This document shows, in pieces, positions 21,480-29,600 of a DNA stretch of 32,000 nucleotides. Source of the DNA: Trichodesmium erythraeum IMS101 (GTDB lineage Bacteria; Cyanobacteriota; Cyanobacteriia; Cyanobacteriales; Microcoleaceae); assembly GCF_000014265.1 (NCBI RefSeq), contig NC_008312.1, forward strand, positions 2,130,001 through 2,162,000. The letters are read 5' to 3'. The translations under genes and the position numbers were made by a program. The notes beneath the pieces were generated by a model, which did no database searches, was not told where the DNA came from, and worked only from the letters and a program-made list of their open reading frames with translations. Each line of letters opens with the position of its first letter. Position 1 is the first letter of the stretch.

Positions 21480-24209
21480 CTATTGAGGATAATATTGAGC
21501 TAAAAACTTCTCAGCCTCAGAGCGATCGCTCACCTTCCCATCCAAAGTCGCAGCCAAAATATCATCCAACATCAACTTAAACTGACGCCCCGGCTTATAC
21601 CCCATCAATTTTAAATCATTTCCATTAAAAACAGGTTTAACATTTGCCCACTGAGTCAAATATTGCCAAATTTGGCGTCGCATCCAACGGTCACATTGCA
21701 CAATAATCAAAATCAACATTCCTAAATCATATTCCCTCAACAACCACACCACCTGACTCGGAGTATCACACTTTGGCAAATTCTCCATAACCATAACTTT
21801 TGCCAACTCCAACTCCTCCAACCTCTTCACACTATCCACAGACAACTGTAAATTTTTTCCAACCAAACTCCGATACCCAGACTCTAAACTAACTATCAAA
21901 ACCTCTAAGCGCATTTGCCAATGAGACAATTTCTTGTCAGGATCAAAACCTTGTAAACACCTATCAAGTAGACACACCTGTCGCCATAAGTTCCTATCTA
22001 ACACCAAGGTGCGATGAATACAACGCAACGCTCCCAAATTTCCTAATAACCTTAAAGCAGGTTTCCAGTAGGGAGCTTGCAAAATATATTTCAACTCACT
22101 TTTGAGTCGAGTTTCTAAAGCCGGCGCTCTTCTATTCTTTTCTCCCTTTTTAACATTTTCGCGGTCATATACTCCACTATTAATTGCATAACGAATATAT
22201 TCCTCTGTTTTTGACTCGATCTCAAAACCCAATCTTACCGCAAACCTGACTGCCCGATAAATACGAGTCGGGTCTTCAATAAAACTATTAGCGTGTAATA
22301 CCCGAATTTGTTTCTGTTGCAAATCTAATAACCCACCAAAAAAATCAAGTAATTCTCCAGTGCCTGGTTTAGTAAGCCGTGCTGCTAAAGCATTAATAGT
22401 AAAATCTCGACGATATAGATCTTGGCGAATTGAACTTACCTCAACTTCTGGGTTAGCTGCTGGATAGGGATAAAATTCTGTACGAGCAGTAGCAATATCT
22501 ATCCAAAGGGAGTCTAAAACTAAATCATGGTGCCAGAGAAGAGCAGCAGTTTGAAATTGACCATGAATTTCTAAACGTGCTGTTGGGTAAATTTTTTGCA
22601 GTGCTTTTCCCAAGTTTACCGCTGGAGCATTAGCTACTGACTTAGAGCGGCAAGTATCTACAACTAAGTCTATATCTGTTAATAATAGAGTTTCGTCAAA
22701 TTCTGATAACAGTAAATCTCTGACTCCTCCTCCGATCAGGTATAGTTGCCAACCTCGTTTTTCTGCTAACTCAGCAACACAACTGAGAAGTTGCCATAGT
22801 TGGGGTGCGAGACGTTCTTGTAGAAGTTCGGCAACTGATTTACAAGTTTCACCAGGAATGCAACCTAGTTGTTGATATTGGGGACGTTGTTGTTGATGCA
22901 ATTCCCGTAAAACGTCGGTGCGGGTAACTATTCCGACTAAGGAATTATTTTCTAAGACAGGTAACCGCCCGATATCGTAAGTAACCATTAACCTTTCAAT
23001 TTCTGGGAGATTTGTTTCTGGGGAAATAGTTTTAAGTTGGGGTGTCATGTAACCTTTAACTGGAGCATGGCTAAAACCATGATGGAGAGCAATGTCGATA
23101 TCTCGCCGAGAAATAATTCCGACTAATTTTCCAGATGAGTCTACTACTGATAAACCAGAATGGTTATAGCGTAGTAGTATTCGGTGAGCTTCTTCTATGG
23201 ATGTCTCTGGAGGAATAGTCCGAACTGGAGATGACATTAAATCTTTAGCAGTCGGTGGGTGAGGAATTTGATTTTTGAGTTGGTCTACGAGTTTTTCTAA
23301 TGTTGCTTGGGGGTTGGTGTCTCGGCGACTAACTGCTGCTGCTCGGCTATGACCACCACCCCCTAGAGGTTGGAATAGTTGGTTGAAGTTGGTTTCTGGG
23401 ATGCGCGATCGCCCGATGATATTTAGGCTTTTTTCTGTTGTGTTTTTGAGGGAGTGGGTATGAGCTAGTAAGAGAGCATCTATTTCTGTGAGGTCAATTA
23501 AGCTAGAAGCTAGACTGGATAAACCACGAACATGTTGATCAGTGTTTAATAGTATCCATCCTATTTGATAGGTTCTCACGGTGGAACGTTGTAAGTTTTC
23601 TAGAGCTAGTTTCAATAAATCTTGGAGTTGGGGTGATAGGCCTGGTTCTACATATTCGCCGATGACGGATAAACTTGCCCCTTGCTGCATTAACCATGCT
23701 AAAGCTGTTGCGTCTCGTGGTGTTGTATTGTCAAAAGTTAGTGAACCAGTATCAAGATGAATACCAAGAGCCATAATTGTTGCTTCTGCTGGAGTTAAGA
23801 TCGGGGAAGAATTATTTTTTAGAGTCTGAAGTTTTTCTACTATTAGGGTTGTACTGGCTCCAACTGCTTCTATATAAGTTTGGGTGGCTGGAATGTCGGT
23901 TTGAGTTTCACAGTGATGGTCGTAGATGACAATTTCTGATAGGTGGGGTAAGTCTAACCATTCGGCGGTTTTTCCAAGTCGGGAGCGTGTTTGGGTATCT
24001 ACTATATATATAGATCTGATTTTTTCTGGGTTGACGGAGCGGCGCTCGATGATGGCAAATTCGTCTCGATGGAGGGCCAGGAATTCTTTGACGGTGGGGT
24101 GGCAACCGCCAGTTAGTAGGAGGCGACTACCTGGGTGGAGGTGGGTGAGTCCGACGGCGGCGCCGAGACCGTCAAAGTCTGCTGTTGTGTGGCATAGAAT
24201 TAGGTCCAT
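21480..24209 (-). CDS. Multidomain DHH/DHHA1 phosphoesterase - CBS pair - PolyA-polymerase/CCA-adding nucleotidyltransferase family protein
   Basis: Intact 909-aa ORF. HTTADFDGLGA and IYDHH (DHH), GGGGH (DHHA1), two CBS repeats (MSSPVRTI...GLSVVD, LPVLENNSLVGIVTRTDVL), then GGGVRDLLL...DIDLVV and RRDFTINALA (pol-beta nucleotidyltransferase head). Confidence 0.9.
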   Translation of the reverse strand: MDLILCHTTADFDGLGAAVGLTHLHPGSRLLLTGGCHPTVKEFLALHRDEFAIIERRSVNPEKIRSIYIVDTQTRSRLGKTAEWLDLPHLSEIVIYDHHCETQTDIPATQTYIEAVGASTTLIVEKLQTLKNNSSPILTPAEATIMALGIHLDTGSLTFDNTTPRDATALAWLMQQGASLSVIGEYVEPGLSPQLQDLLKLALENLQRSTVRTYQIGWILLNTDQHVRGLSSLASSLIDLTEIDALLLAHTHSLKNTTEKSLNIIGRSRIPETNFNQLFQPLGGGGHSRAAAVSRRDTNPQATLEKLVDQLKNQIPHPPTAKDLMSSPVRTIPPETSIEEAHRILLRYNHSGLSVVDSSGKLVGIISRRDIDIALHHGFSHAPVKGYMTPQLKTISPETNLPEIERLMVTYDIGRLPVLENNSLVGIVTRTDVLRELHQQQRPQYQQLGCIPGETCKSVAELLQERLAPQLWQLLSCVAELAEKRGWQLYLIGGGVRDLLLSEFDETLLLTDIDLVVDTCRSKSVANAPAVNLGKALQKIYPTARLEIHGQFQTAALLWHHDLVLDSLWIDIATARTEFYPYPAANPEVEVSSIRQDLYRRDFTINALAARLTKPGTGELLDFFGGLLDLQQKQIRVLHANSFIEDPTRIYRAVRFAVRLGFEIESKTEEYIRYAINSGVYDRENVKKGEKNRRAPALETRLKSELKYILQAPYWKPALRLLGNLGALRCIHRTLVLDRNLWRQVCLLDRCLQGFDPDKKLSHWQMRLEVLIVSLESGYRSLVGKNLQLSVDSVKRLEELELAKVMVMENLPKCDTPSQVVWLLREYDLGMLILIIVQCDRWMRRQIWQYLTQWANVKPVFNGNDLKLMGYKPGRQFKLMLDDILAATLDGKVSDRSEAEKFLAQYYPQ

Positions 24210-24492
24210 TTCTGGGAAGTTAAATATTTGAATTTAAGATTAGGTCAGGACTGATGCAAAGGATCTAGTTGTGGTTCGGTATCTGAGTTAATTATTCAAA
24301 ATACACTACATATAGGGGTACTGGATAAGTCCTATGGGTAATAAAAAAGTATTTTATTTCCTTAATTGTATTATATTCAGGATTTATGAAGACGAAACAA
24401 AAATGAAACAGAATTTTTTGGTTATTGGCCATCTAAGGTAGGTTTTACTTGGCGATCGCTTCTGTTAGTTATTTTTGAATGTGTTATACTAG

Positions 24493-24657
24493 GTAGAGGG
24501 TAAGAAGTTATCGTAAAAAAACATTTACTTGAAAGACTGAGAGAATTACAGGAATTGGTTTACAGCACTTATAGTTCTTTGGAGAGAGTTTAATACCTGA
24601 TTATTGCTGTCAGCTTTAGTTAGCAATGGTTACTCCCAGAACTTCCCACTGTCTAGT
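24493..24657. mobile_element. Second copy of the MITE-like element seen at 707-880
   Basis: aagttatcgtaaaaaaac...atagttctttggagagagtttaat...tcccagaacttcccactgtctag aligns with 723-872. The left boundary is approximate. Confidence 0.5.
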
Positions 24658-24780
24658 AAGAATAAGTATTGAGGAAAAACCCCGGTTTCTGGGTTTGCCT
24701 GGGTAAGTCCACCCAAAGAAACCAGGTTTCTAGAGTAAGTCCTTGTTTTTAATAAATCTTCATTGAACCAGACAAAACTT

Positions 24781-25371
24781 ATGATCGCTCAACCCCAAGA
24801 TTATCAAAAAATTACCCTAGAAGAATACCTAGAATGGGAAGCTCAACAGGAATTTCGCCATGAATATGTAGATGGTGAAATTTTAGCTATGGCTTGAGCA
24901 AGTATTCCTCATAATGATATTGCGATTAACTTTTGTACAGCTCTCGTACCTCATCTCCGTCAAAAAGGATGTTGAGTTAATATGTCGGATGTGAAAGTTC
25001 GCGATAGTAAAAGTGATCGTTATTTCTATCCAAATTTAGTTATTTCTTGTAATACTGAAGATTTAAAGTCCCGTCAGTTTATCGAACATCCTACAGTAAT
25101 TTTTGAAGTTCTTTCCCCCAGTACAGAAAAATACGATCGCGGCAATAAGTTTAAATATTATGGTCAAATTTCCAGTTTGCCAGAATATGTTTTAGTAGAC
25201 TCAGAATCAATATCTGTAGAAGTTTTTCAACGCGGCGAGGGAAATTTTTGGCATTATTGCGAATATATAGAAGGTGAGTCAATTACATTATCTAGTATTG
25301 AGTTTACTTCTGCTATTGAAGTTTTATATGCAGGAGTTAACTTGGAAACTGATACTGTCCAGGGAGAATAG
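24781..25371 (+). pseudogene. Uma2-family (DUF820) endonuclease with two in-frame TGA stops
   Basis: ATG 24781 gives MIAQPQDYQKITLEEYLEWEAQQEFRHEYVDGEILAMA. TGA at 24895-24897. Then ASIPHNDIAINFCTALVPHLRQKGC, TGA at 24973-24975, then VNMSDVKV... All in one frame. The track reports only the last third (24982..25371). Confidence 0.75.
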
Positions 25372-25550
25372 AAAGAATGGCCATTATTTGGTCGAGTATT
25401 AATTAAACTATAACGTTATAGTTTTTAGATTTTAGATAAAATAGATAGGGTAGCGATCGCCTAATTTCATTTTAGTTGAGTATTAATTCAACCATTGAAC
25501 TATTGACATTTTAGATAAAGTAAGTTTCAAAGTAGTTTCAATGAGTTCTC

Positions 25551-27032
25551 TCAACCTTTTTTCCGAAATATTGCTAATTCTATTGTAGTCAAAAAAGCTA
25601 ATAAAAAGCGGGCGGAAACTTCCGCTGCATATTGACGAAATTGGTCACTTTTATCATCATCAGCATAATCTTGAACTCCCTTAACAATAATGATGGGAAT
25701 TTCCTCAATTTCTGCTACTGCACCAATAGCTGCACCTTCCATTTCTACTCCTAATATTTTCCGTTGTAATTTTTCGATACGTTGGAAAAGTTGGGGGTCT
25801 TTTTGTACTTTACTTGTAGTAGCAATTACCCCTGTATGAATTTGAGAATTTAAGGGGTCTTTGTAATGTTGGTATTCTAAATATTCTATTCGGTCATTCT
25901 TAATTTCTTTCTGAGCTTTTTCAGTTAATTCCAAGGAGTCTATTTTTAATAATTCTTTTTCTTTTAATTGTTGAATTACTTTTCTCCAATCTGGGCATTC
26001 TGTTGGCCTTTCTGGGTGCTGGTCAGGACGTAAATATTTGTCTGGTTGTTGTTGAAAATCATAGAGTTTGTGGAGTAACCAACGTTCTTGATGATAGTCA
26101 GATTTTGGTCTAGGAATTTGAATAGTATTTAGCCAATCTTGGGGAAATTCTTGAATCATAAATTCCCATTGGCGTTTCAAGTTATAAGTGCGAATATCAT
26201 GGAAGATTTCTTCAGTACGAATTTGTTTATTACCTATTGATTCGTAATGAGTAACAAGTTTACCATAGTCAAATTTAAAGACTCGATTTGCAACAATTAC
26301 ATCACCTAAAAAAGTCTCTTTTTTATTCCCTGCACAAACTCCGGTCATTGCTAAACAACGAGGTTTTAATTCTGAAATAAGTCGAGTGGCTAGATTATTA
26401 GTGTAGTTTTCTCCCATTTCTACAGGACGAGCCGCTACTATATTTAATTGAGTACCGTTTTTATGGTTGAAAGTAGTTTTGTAGTAGGAATAATTGGAAC
26501 TGTCTTTCAATTCTTGCCAACTCTTTCCAGATTGATTATCACAGTTTTTCAGAGCGTTTAATTCATCTTTTAGGGCTGTAATAATTAGAATATCAATAGT
26601 AGGTGTTTCATGAGGTATTTCTATTTTGAATTCTGGTTTTAATTCTTGGGTTTTGAATTCTGCTTTTAATTCTTGGATTTTGATTTTACCGATATTAATA
26701 ATTTTCCGAGCAAACTTTATATCTGTATTCTCTAAGTTATATCTTTCTGGTTGCTTCAAAAGATAATCTAACAAAGCTATTAAAGGATGATAATCTAATC
26801 TTTGACTAGAAACTCGATAGTCTTTAAATTTGGAGACTAAAATAGTAATAAATTCATAAATATTTAAGTTAAAATCAAGACCAGCGATAAAATATTGAGC
26901 AAATCCAGCATTTTTCAAAATAGCTTTTCTTCCTGCTATACCATCAATATTTATCAAAATATTTTCCAATAATCTCTCTATTTTAATCAAATCGTCCTGT
27001 GATATATCTGAGAATATACGGGTGTTTGGCAT
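25551..27032 (-). CDS. Adaptor-like N-terminal domain + PNP/MTAN-fold nucleosidase (phosphorylase superfamily) with a large insert
   Basis: Intact 493-aa ORF. Residues about 146 to the end show the nucleoside phosphorylase fold pattern: IDILIITALKDE, CLAMTGVCAG, GVEMEGAAIG (nt 25734-25751), IIIVKGVQDYAD (DYAD at nt 25659-25670). Residues about 1-125 are homologous to the N-terminus of the neighbouring 321-aa protein. Confidence 0.85.
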   Translation of the reverse strand: MPNTRIFSDISQDDLIKIERLLENILINIDGIAGRKAILKNAGFAQYFIAGLDFNLNIYEFITILVSKFKDYRVSSQRLDYHPLIALLDYLLKQPERYNLENTDIKFARKIINIGKIKIQELKAEFKTQELKPEFKIEIPHETPTIDILIITALKDELNALKNCDNQSGKSWQELKDSSNYSYYKTTFNHKNGTQLNIVAARPVEMGENYTNNLATRLISELKPRCLAMTGVCAGNKKETFLGDVIVANRVFKFDYGKLVTHYESIGNKQIRTEEIFHDIRTYNLKRQWEFMIQEFPQDWLNTIQIPRPKSDYHQERWLLHKLYDFQQQPDKYLRPDQHPERPTECPDWRKVIQQLKEKELLKIDSLELTEKAQKEIKNDRIEYLEYQHYKDPLNSQIHTGVIATTSKVQKDPQLFQRIEKLQRKILGVEMEGAAIGAVAEIEEIPIIIVKGVQDYADDDKSDQFRQYAAEVSARFLLAFLTTIELAIFRKKG

Positions 27033-27108
27033 TTGACTTTTCTTCCATTATTGATGTTTTAAATTTTAGCAGCTATCTACAAAATAAATTGTTGACCTAA
27101 GAAGTATA

Positions 27109-28074
27109 TTAAGGTGTTAAAGTCGTTTCAATGACTTCTCTCAACCTTGTCCATACTACTTCTCCCTTAAATTTTTCCCAGAATGATGAAGGTTGGTCAT
27201 AAAAATAAAGTATTTTTTCATCTAAACAATAAATAACAGGAACTTCGTACCATAATAAATCTAGATTTTGATCGAAAGGATTTTCTTGACGTATTTTAAT
27301 TTTAGTTTCTTTGTCTAAGTTTTTAACCACAGCTATAGCAAAACAAATATTACAAGGTACCCTAGCATTTAAAATTTGTGTGCCAACAGATGAAGTAGCT
27401 TTATCTTTTCCATATTCTAGGCATTGAGTAGAATACTGTCTTAAACTTTTTGTATTTATAGAGGGAAAATAATCGATGATAAAAAACGCATCTCCTCTCA
27501 TATTAAATGCATCGAAATGAAGTTCAAAATCAGTGATTTTTGCTACACGCTCAAATTCAAACTTTCTATCTTTACTTAGAACGTTATTTTGTATATCTAA
27601 AGCACCTTGATTTTTGAGATTTTTCTCAATTTTATTCAAGTAAATATCTAAATTTTGAGTATTACGTTTTATTGTTTCAGGAGATTGATTTTGCAGATAT
27701 ATTTTAATTTGTAAATCTCCCCTTTTCCGAAACGTTGCTAAATATTCAATATCTCGATCATCTAAATGATAAAATTTTTCTCTAGGTTGATTAATTACAT
27801 AGTCTATAATGAATAACAGTGGATGATAATAAGGATTTTGTCGAGAGATTCTATAACTTTTTAAGTCAGCAACTAATATAGTTATAAATTGCTGAGGAGG
27901 TAAATTAAAATCTCGGCCATTTATAAAATAGTCATCTATTCCCGCTAACTGTAAAAATGCTCGCCTTCCAGAAATAGAATCAAATTGCTGAAATAATCTT
28001 TGGAAAATTAATTCCAGTTGTGTAATGTTATCTCGGTTTAAAATAGAAAATATTATTGCTTCAGTTGAACTCAT
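27109..28074 (-). CDS. Adaptor-like N-terminal domain + uncharacterised ~170-aa C-terminal domain
   Basis: Intact 321-aa ORF, 76 bp upstream of and co-directional with 25551..27032. The N-terminal ~110 aa is about 50% identical to that protein over 66 aligned residues. No motif in the C-terminal part that I can assign. Confidence 0.8.
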   Translation of the reverse strand: MSSTEAIIFSILNRDNITQLELIFQRLFQQFDSISGRRAFLQLAGIDDYFINGRDFNLPPQQFITILVADLKSYRISRQNPYYHPLLFIIDYVINQPREKFYHLDDRDIEYLATFRKRGDLQIKIYLQNQSPETIKRNTQNLDIYLNKIEKNLKNQGALDIQNNVLSKDRKFEFERVAKITDFELHFDAFNMRGDAFFIIDYFPSINTKSLRQYSTQCLEYGKDKATSSVGTQILNARVPCNICFAIAVVKNLDKETKIKIRQENPFDQNLDLLWYEVPVIYCLDEKILYFYDQPSSFWEKFKGEVVWTRLREVIETTLTP

Positions 28075-28140
28075 TATTTTCTCCTTAATTAGGGTATTAA
28101 TTATCTTCTAAATCAAGCTCTGTAAATTAGAGAGTTGAGA

Positions 28141-28320
28141 GATTGACTCTGGGATTGTTTTGACATCCTCTCCTGCCTAAAGCCGAGGAGATTCTTATCT
28201 ATCAATCAAACAGATTAAGCTGCTTGAAAGACTCAAAGCGGGTTAGCATTTCATCACAATTAGCTGGCTTTTTACGGCAAGTCTTACCTTTGCTCAATGC
28301 TCGTTTTTGTTCAGTCTCCG
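28141..28320 (-). ncRNA. Predicted omega-RNA (reRNA) of TnpB, with the guide read from the flank
   Basis: By analogy with characterised TnpB systems, the scaffold spans the 3' end of tnpB plus the right end (to 28161). The guide would be the adjacent flank, minus-strand 28160->28141 = aacaatcccagagtcaatct. The 5' extent is a guess and there is no transcript evidence. Confidence 0.35.
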
Positions 28321-29575
28321 ACTGACCGTCGGCGACTATATTGAAAAGAGATAATTGTACAGGATTTTCTAATACTTTAGTTTCAATTACTTCAACCTTG
28401 GTTCTCAGTTGAACAACTTCTAAAATATTTACAGCAGCATTAACATCACGGTCATGGTGTGTGCCACATTTCAAACAATTCCACTCTCTAACATTTAATT
28501 CCTTTTTACCTCCACGAAACCCACAATGAGAGCATTTTTGACTCGTAGGTTCCCATCTGTTAATAACTCTAAACTCACGACCATATTTTTGACATTTAGT
28601 TTCTAATAATGTCCTAAACATTCTCCATCCTAAATCAGAAATAGCCTTAGCTAGTTTTCTGTTTTTAACCATACCAGAAACATTTAAGTCTTCTAATACT
28701 ATTGTGTCGTATTCGCGAATTAACTTAGTGGATAGTTGATGAAGAAAATCAGTTCTAATGTCTGTGATTTTAGCATGAAGTTTAGCTACCCTTAATTTAG
28801 CTTTTTCTCTACGCTTACTACCTGGTATTTTCTGAGCAAGCTGGCGTTGAAACTTAGCTAATTTTTTGAGATTTTTCTTAAGTGGTTTAGGAGCTTCAAA
28901 TTTCTGACCATTATTCAATGTAGCAAAAGTAGAAATTCCCAAATCAATTCCAATAGAATTATCAGTTTTGGGTAATGTTTCAGCAGATGTTTCTATTACA
29001 AAACTCAGAAAATATCTATTAGCTGAATCCTTAATTATTGTGACTGATGTAGGTTCAATAGGTAAGGGTCTTGACCAAGCAACTTTTATTTTACCTATTT
29101 TGGCTAAATATACCTTATCTTGACTTAGCTTAAACCCTATTTTTGTAAACCTAGCAGTCTGTTTTGACTTGCGCTTCTTGAATTTAGGAGATTTAATTTT
29201 CATTCCTTTACGCTTACCTGTTGCTGAGTTAAAAAAGTTTTGATAAGCTTGATGTAAATCGTTTAAGGATTGTTGCAATGGAACTACGGATATTTCGGTT
29301 AGCCAACTTCTCTCAATTGTCTTTTTAGCTTGAGTAATAAAGACTTTTTGAAGTTCGGAATTAGTTGGCTTTTTCTTAGTTGATTTAAATTCTTGAATAC
29401 AATAGGCTAACCCATCATTCCAAACTACTCTTGTACATCCAAATAATTTAGCTAAATTAATTTTTTGTATAAGGTTTGGATAGCACCTATATTTATATCT
29501 TAGTTTCAATTTTTTGAGTCCTATCAATTATTTACACTAAATATTAACAGCGTAGCTCTTTGAGATTTATATTAT
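28161..29575 (-). mobile_element. IS200/IS605-family element carrying tnpB only (IS1341-like, non-autonomous)
   Basis: The right end terminates ...ggatgTCAA (plus-strand ttgacatcc at 28161-28169) with a subterminal hairpin. It shares 14 nt with the orphan end at 1683. The left boundary is inferred at 29575/29576, where homology of the flank to 27684-27740 stops right after GTCAAT (minus-strand reading). No tnpA present. Confidence 0.75.
28202..29527 (-). CDS. tnpB: TnpB RNA-guided endonuclease (OrfB_IS605 family), apparently intact
   Basis: 441-aa ORF with YKYRCYPN at the N-terminus. RuvC triad context: IGIDLGIS (D), IVLEDLNVSGM (E), HDRDVNAAVNI (D). Zinc finger CSHCG...CLKCG. The start is uncertain: TTG 29527 or TTG 29509. 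Confidence 0.9.
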   Translation of the reverse strand: MIGLKKLKLRYKYRCYPNLIQKINLAKLFGCTRVVWNDGLAYCIQEFKSTKKKPTNSELQKVFITQAKKTIERSWLTEISVVPLQQSLNDLHQAYQNFFNSATGKRKGMKIKSPKFKKRKSKQTARFTKIGFKLSQDKVYLAKIGKIKVAWSRPLPIEPTSVTIIKDSANRYFLSFVIETSAETLPKTDNSIGIDLGISTFATLNNGQKFEAPKPLKKNLKKLAKFQRQLAQKIPGSKRREKAKLRVAKLHAKITDIRTDFLHQLSTKLIREYDTIVLEDLNVSGMVKNRKLAKAISDLGWRMFRTLLETKCQKYGREFRVINRWEPTSQKCSHCGFRGGKKELNVREWNCLKCGTHHDRDVNAAVNILEVVQLRTKVEVIETKVLENPVQLSLFNIVADGQSETEQKRALSKGKTCRKKPANCDEMLTRFESFKQLNLFD

Positions 29576-29600
29576 ATTGACTTTGCAGATATTTTTTAAT

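Noticed and set aside
24895-24975. Two in-frame TGA codons in the Uma2 gene read as selenocysteine or programmed readthrough sites.
   Set aside because: No SECIS-like hairpin was noticed immediately downstream. The family is not a selenoprotein family. The window is full of point-mutated pseudogenes.
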